Shown here one piece after another: positions 61,567-64,000 of a stretch of 64,000 nucleotides of DNA (positions within the stretch are counted from its first letter, which is position 1; every line of letters begins with the position of its first letter). This DNA comes from Thermodesulfobacteriota bacterium (lineage in GTDB: Bacteria; Desulfobacterota_D; UBA1144; Nemesobacterales; UBA2774). Position numbers and translations under genes: made by a program. The notes under the pieces were generated by a model. It was not told the DNA's origin. It did not search any database and saw nothing but the letters and a program-made list of their open reading frames with translations. The DNA is taken from positions 2,592,001-2,656,000 of the forward strand of contig OZ244991.1 in the NCBI GenBank assembly GCA_965223335.1, in the 5' to 3' direction.

Positions 61567-62718
61567 ATGAAGTTATCAATGTTCTCAATAATATTCATTC
61601 CGATTTTACTGGCGATCTCGTGCGGCGACGAAAATAAACAGGCAAACATCCCTCCCCCCGAAGTCCTTGTATATGTAACAGAAGCATCCGAGGTATCGAT
61701 ATTTCAAGAATTTGTAGGAGAGACACTCGGCTATAAAGACATCGACATCAGGGCCCGTGTAGAGGGCTACCTTGAGGGCATCCACTTTGAGGAAGGTCGT
61801 AAAGTTAATCAAGGCGAGCTGCTGTATACCATCGAGAGTCAACAGTTCGAGGCTCTGGTTGCAGAAAAAATGAGTCTTCTTGCCAAAGAAAAAGTAAAAC
61901 TCGCCAATGCACTAAGCGATCTAAACAGAGTAGAGCCCCTGGCAAAAGAAAACGCTGTGAGCCAGTTGGATTTAGACTCCGCCCAAGCAAGGTACAAGGC
62001 TGCGATTGAGTCTGTAAAAGCAGCCGAAGCTGATCTTGACGCCGCACAAATACAGTTAAGCTACACAAAAATATATGCCCCAATCACAGGGATCATAGGC
62101 AAAACCAAAGCAAAAGTCGGTGATTTTGTGGGCAGAGAACCAAACCCTGTTATCCTAAACACAGTCTCAAACACCAACACCATATTAGTACAATTTTTCA
62201 TTACTGAAACGGACTATCTCCAAGCTGCAAAAGAACTCATCGAACACGATAAATTCATGCAGCAGAAAAAACGGTCCAAGACACTGGAACTCATACTTTC
62301 TGACGGAACTGTCTACAACCACACAGGCACCCCTGATTTTATTGATAGAAATGTCGACCCCACGACCGGTGCCATCCTTGTTCAGGCTTCCTTCGAGAAC
62401 CCCGACCTTTTACTTCGCCCCGGCCAGTTCGCCAGGATAAAAGCCGAGCTTGATGTGAAACAAGACGCGATACTCGTCCCCCAAAGATGCCTCGTTGAGC
62501 TCCAGGGCACATTCAGCGTTTATGTAGTAGACGAAAACAACATCGTACACAACCGCAAGGTCGTAGTAGGCCCTACAATCAAAGAATTCTGGCTCATCAA
62601 AGAAGGACTTGGGCCTGGGGAAAAAGTAATCTACGAAGGCCTGCAAAAGGCTCAGGACGGCCAGCCAGTAAAACCCGTTGTAAAGGAAATAAAACTCCCA
62701 CAACCCGGAACATACTGA
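61567..62718 (+). CDS. RND efflux periplasmic adaptor subunit
   Basis: IRARVEGYL, IYAPITG, VDPTTG, LRPGQF. Confidence 0.94.
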   Translation: MKLSMFSIIFIPILLAISCGDENKQANIPPPEVLVYVTEASEVSIFQEFVGETLGYKDIDIRARVEGYLEGIHFEEGRKVNQGELLYTIESQQFEALVAEKMSLLAKEKVKLANALSDLNRVEPLAKENAVSQLDLDSAQARYKAAIESVKAAEADLDAAQIQLSYTKIYAPITGIIGKTKAKVGDFVGREPNPVILNTVSNTNTILVQFFITETDYLQAAKELIEHDKFMQQKKRSKTLELILSDGTVYNHTGTPDFIDRNVDPTTGAILVQASFENPDLLLRPGQFARIKAELDVKQDAILVPQRCLVELQGTFSVYVVDENNIVHNRKVVVGPTIKEFWLIKEGLGPGEKVIYEGLQKAQDGQPVKPVVKEIKLPQPGTY

Positions 62719-62724
62719 TACGCT

Positions 62725-64000
62725 ATGGGTAATTTCTTTGTAAACAGACCGATTGTCGCAATGGTTATAGCCATTGTGATGGTTATCATAGGCACCGTGT
62801 TCCTAGGGGGTCTCCCCATCCAGCAGTACCCCGATATCACTCCGCCCATTGTAGAGGTACGCGCCACATACACCGGCGCAAACGCCGTGAGCGTTGAGCA
62901 ATCTGTAGCTACTCCCCTCGAACAGCAGATAAACGGTGTAGACAACATGATCTATATGAAATCGACCAACGCCAACGACGGTACGATGAACATACAGGTC
63001 TCTTTTGAGATCGGCACCGACCCCGATATGAACACTGTTTTCACACAAAACAGGGTAGCTGCCGCTACTGCCAAACTGCCCGAAGAGGTAAAAAGATTGG
63101 GTGTTACCACAGAAAAATCACTGCCCAATATCCTGATGCTCATCACGCTAACGTCAGAGGACGGGAGGTTTGATCAAAACTTCCTCGGGAACTATGCACT
63201 CATCAATATTAAGGATGTGCTGGCAAGGATTAAGGGGATCGGCAGGGTAAATGTCCTAGGAGCCAGTGATTACTCGATGCGCATATGGATAAGGCCCGAC
63301 CGCTTGGCACAGCTGGGCATAACCATCCCCGAGATCAGAGACGCCATACAGCAGCAAAACGTTGTTGTCCCCGGTGGCAGGTTCGGTGCCGAGCCCGCTC
63401 CTCCCGGCACAGATTTCACATATACAGTGAGGCTTCCCGACAGGCTCCAGTCCGAAGAAGAGTTCGGCGAGATAGTGGTACGCACCACACCCGAGGGCTC
63501 ACAGGTAAAAATCAAAGATATTGCACGTGTAGAGCTGGGTGTAGAGACATACCTTGCGTTTACTCGTTTAGACAATAGAGAGTGCGGCATCATTGCACTT
63601 TACCAGGCTCCCGGGTCAAACGCTGTGGAGCTTGCAGAGCAGGTTAAAAAAACCATGGTCGAGCTCTCTAAATCCTTCCCCCAGGGTATTAAATATGACA
63701 TATCACTCGACACCACACTTGCGATCACAGCCGGCATAGACGAAATCGTCGAAACCTTATTTATTGCTCTTGCACTTGTAATATTCGTTGTGTTCATCTT
63801 CATTCAGGACTGGCGCGCGTCGCTTATCCCTACAATTGCTATTCCGGTCTCCCTGGTCGCGGCATTTATGGTGTTCCCTCTTATCGGGTTTAGTATCAAT
63901 GTGCTGTCTCTTCTGGGGCTTGTACTCGCAATCGGGATTGTTGTTGACGATGCCATTGTGGTCGTGGAAGCGGTACAGGTAAACATTGAGAACGGCATGA
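62725..64000 (+). CDS. RND efflux permease (AcrB/HAE1 family), truncated by window edge
   Basis: MGNFFVNRPIVAMVIA...QYPDITPP...ATPLEQQINGV...SMRIWI...GIVVDDAIVVVE; missing from ORF track. Confidence 0.95.
   Translation, partial: MGNFFVNRPIVAMVIAIVMVIIGTVFLGGLPIQQYPDITPPIVEVRATYTGANAVSVEQSVATPLEQQINGVDNMIYMKSTNANDGTMNIQVSFEIGTDPDMNTVFTQNRVAAATAKLPEEVKRLGVTTEKSLPNILMLITLTSEDGRFDQNFLGNYALINIKDVLARIKGIGRVNVLGASDYSMRIWIRPDRLAQLGITIPEIRDAIQQQNVVVPGGRFGAEPAPPGTDFTYTVRLPDRLQSEEEFGEIVVRTTPEGSQVKIKDIARVELGVETYLAFTRLDNRECGIIALYQAPGSNAVELAEQVKKTMVELSKSFPQGIKYDISLDTTLAITAGIDEIVETLFIALALVIFVVFIFIQDWRASLIPTIAIPVSLVAAFMVFPLIGFSINVLSLLGLVLAIGIVVDDAIVVVEAVQVNIENGM

Overview
Bacterial chromosomal segment with no rRNA and no CRISPR array. 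The gene set is consistent with a Desulfobacterota-like or Dadabacteria-like lineage, but that is inference only. The left ~15 kb looks more AT-rich and accessory. It holds a RimK/protease/ASPA operon, then a ~8.6 kb island bounded by a 24-bp direct repeat of the tRNA-His 3' end (3486-3509 and 12137-12160), with a probable large-serine-recombinase C-terminal relic just outside the left repeat. The island encodes a zinc-ribbon/class III cyclase/STAND ATPase/TPR protein, a TonB-dependent receptor, a GAF-sigma54 activator and a lipoprotein behind a near-consensus sigma54 promoter. Together these form a candidate self-contained cyclic-nucleotide signalling circuit, which is the best lead in the window. 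tRNA-Pro(TGG), Arg(TCT) and His(GTG) lie in order on the minus strand, spread apart by intervening genes. The middle is mostly housekeeping and metabolic (msrA, tricorn protease, ddl, thiolase, lysA, HemD-HemE fusion, ferrochelatase, obgE, two LLM oxidoreductases, D-amino-acid oxidase). It also has a single-repeat PUR protein and an orphan, catalytically degenerate HEPN/DUF86 protein. The right part has a prokaryotic pentameric ligand-gated ion channel next to a probable outer-membrane barrel, several pseudogenes, TetR-icmF with shared operator palindromes, and the start of an RND efflux operon.
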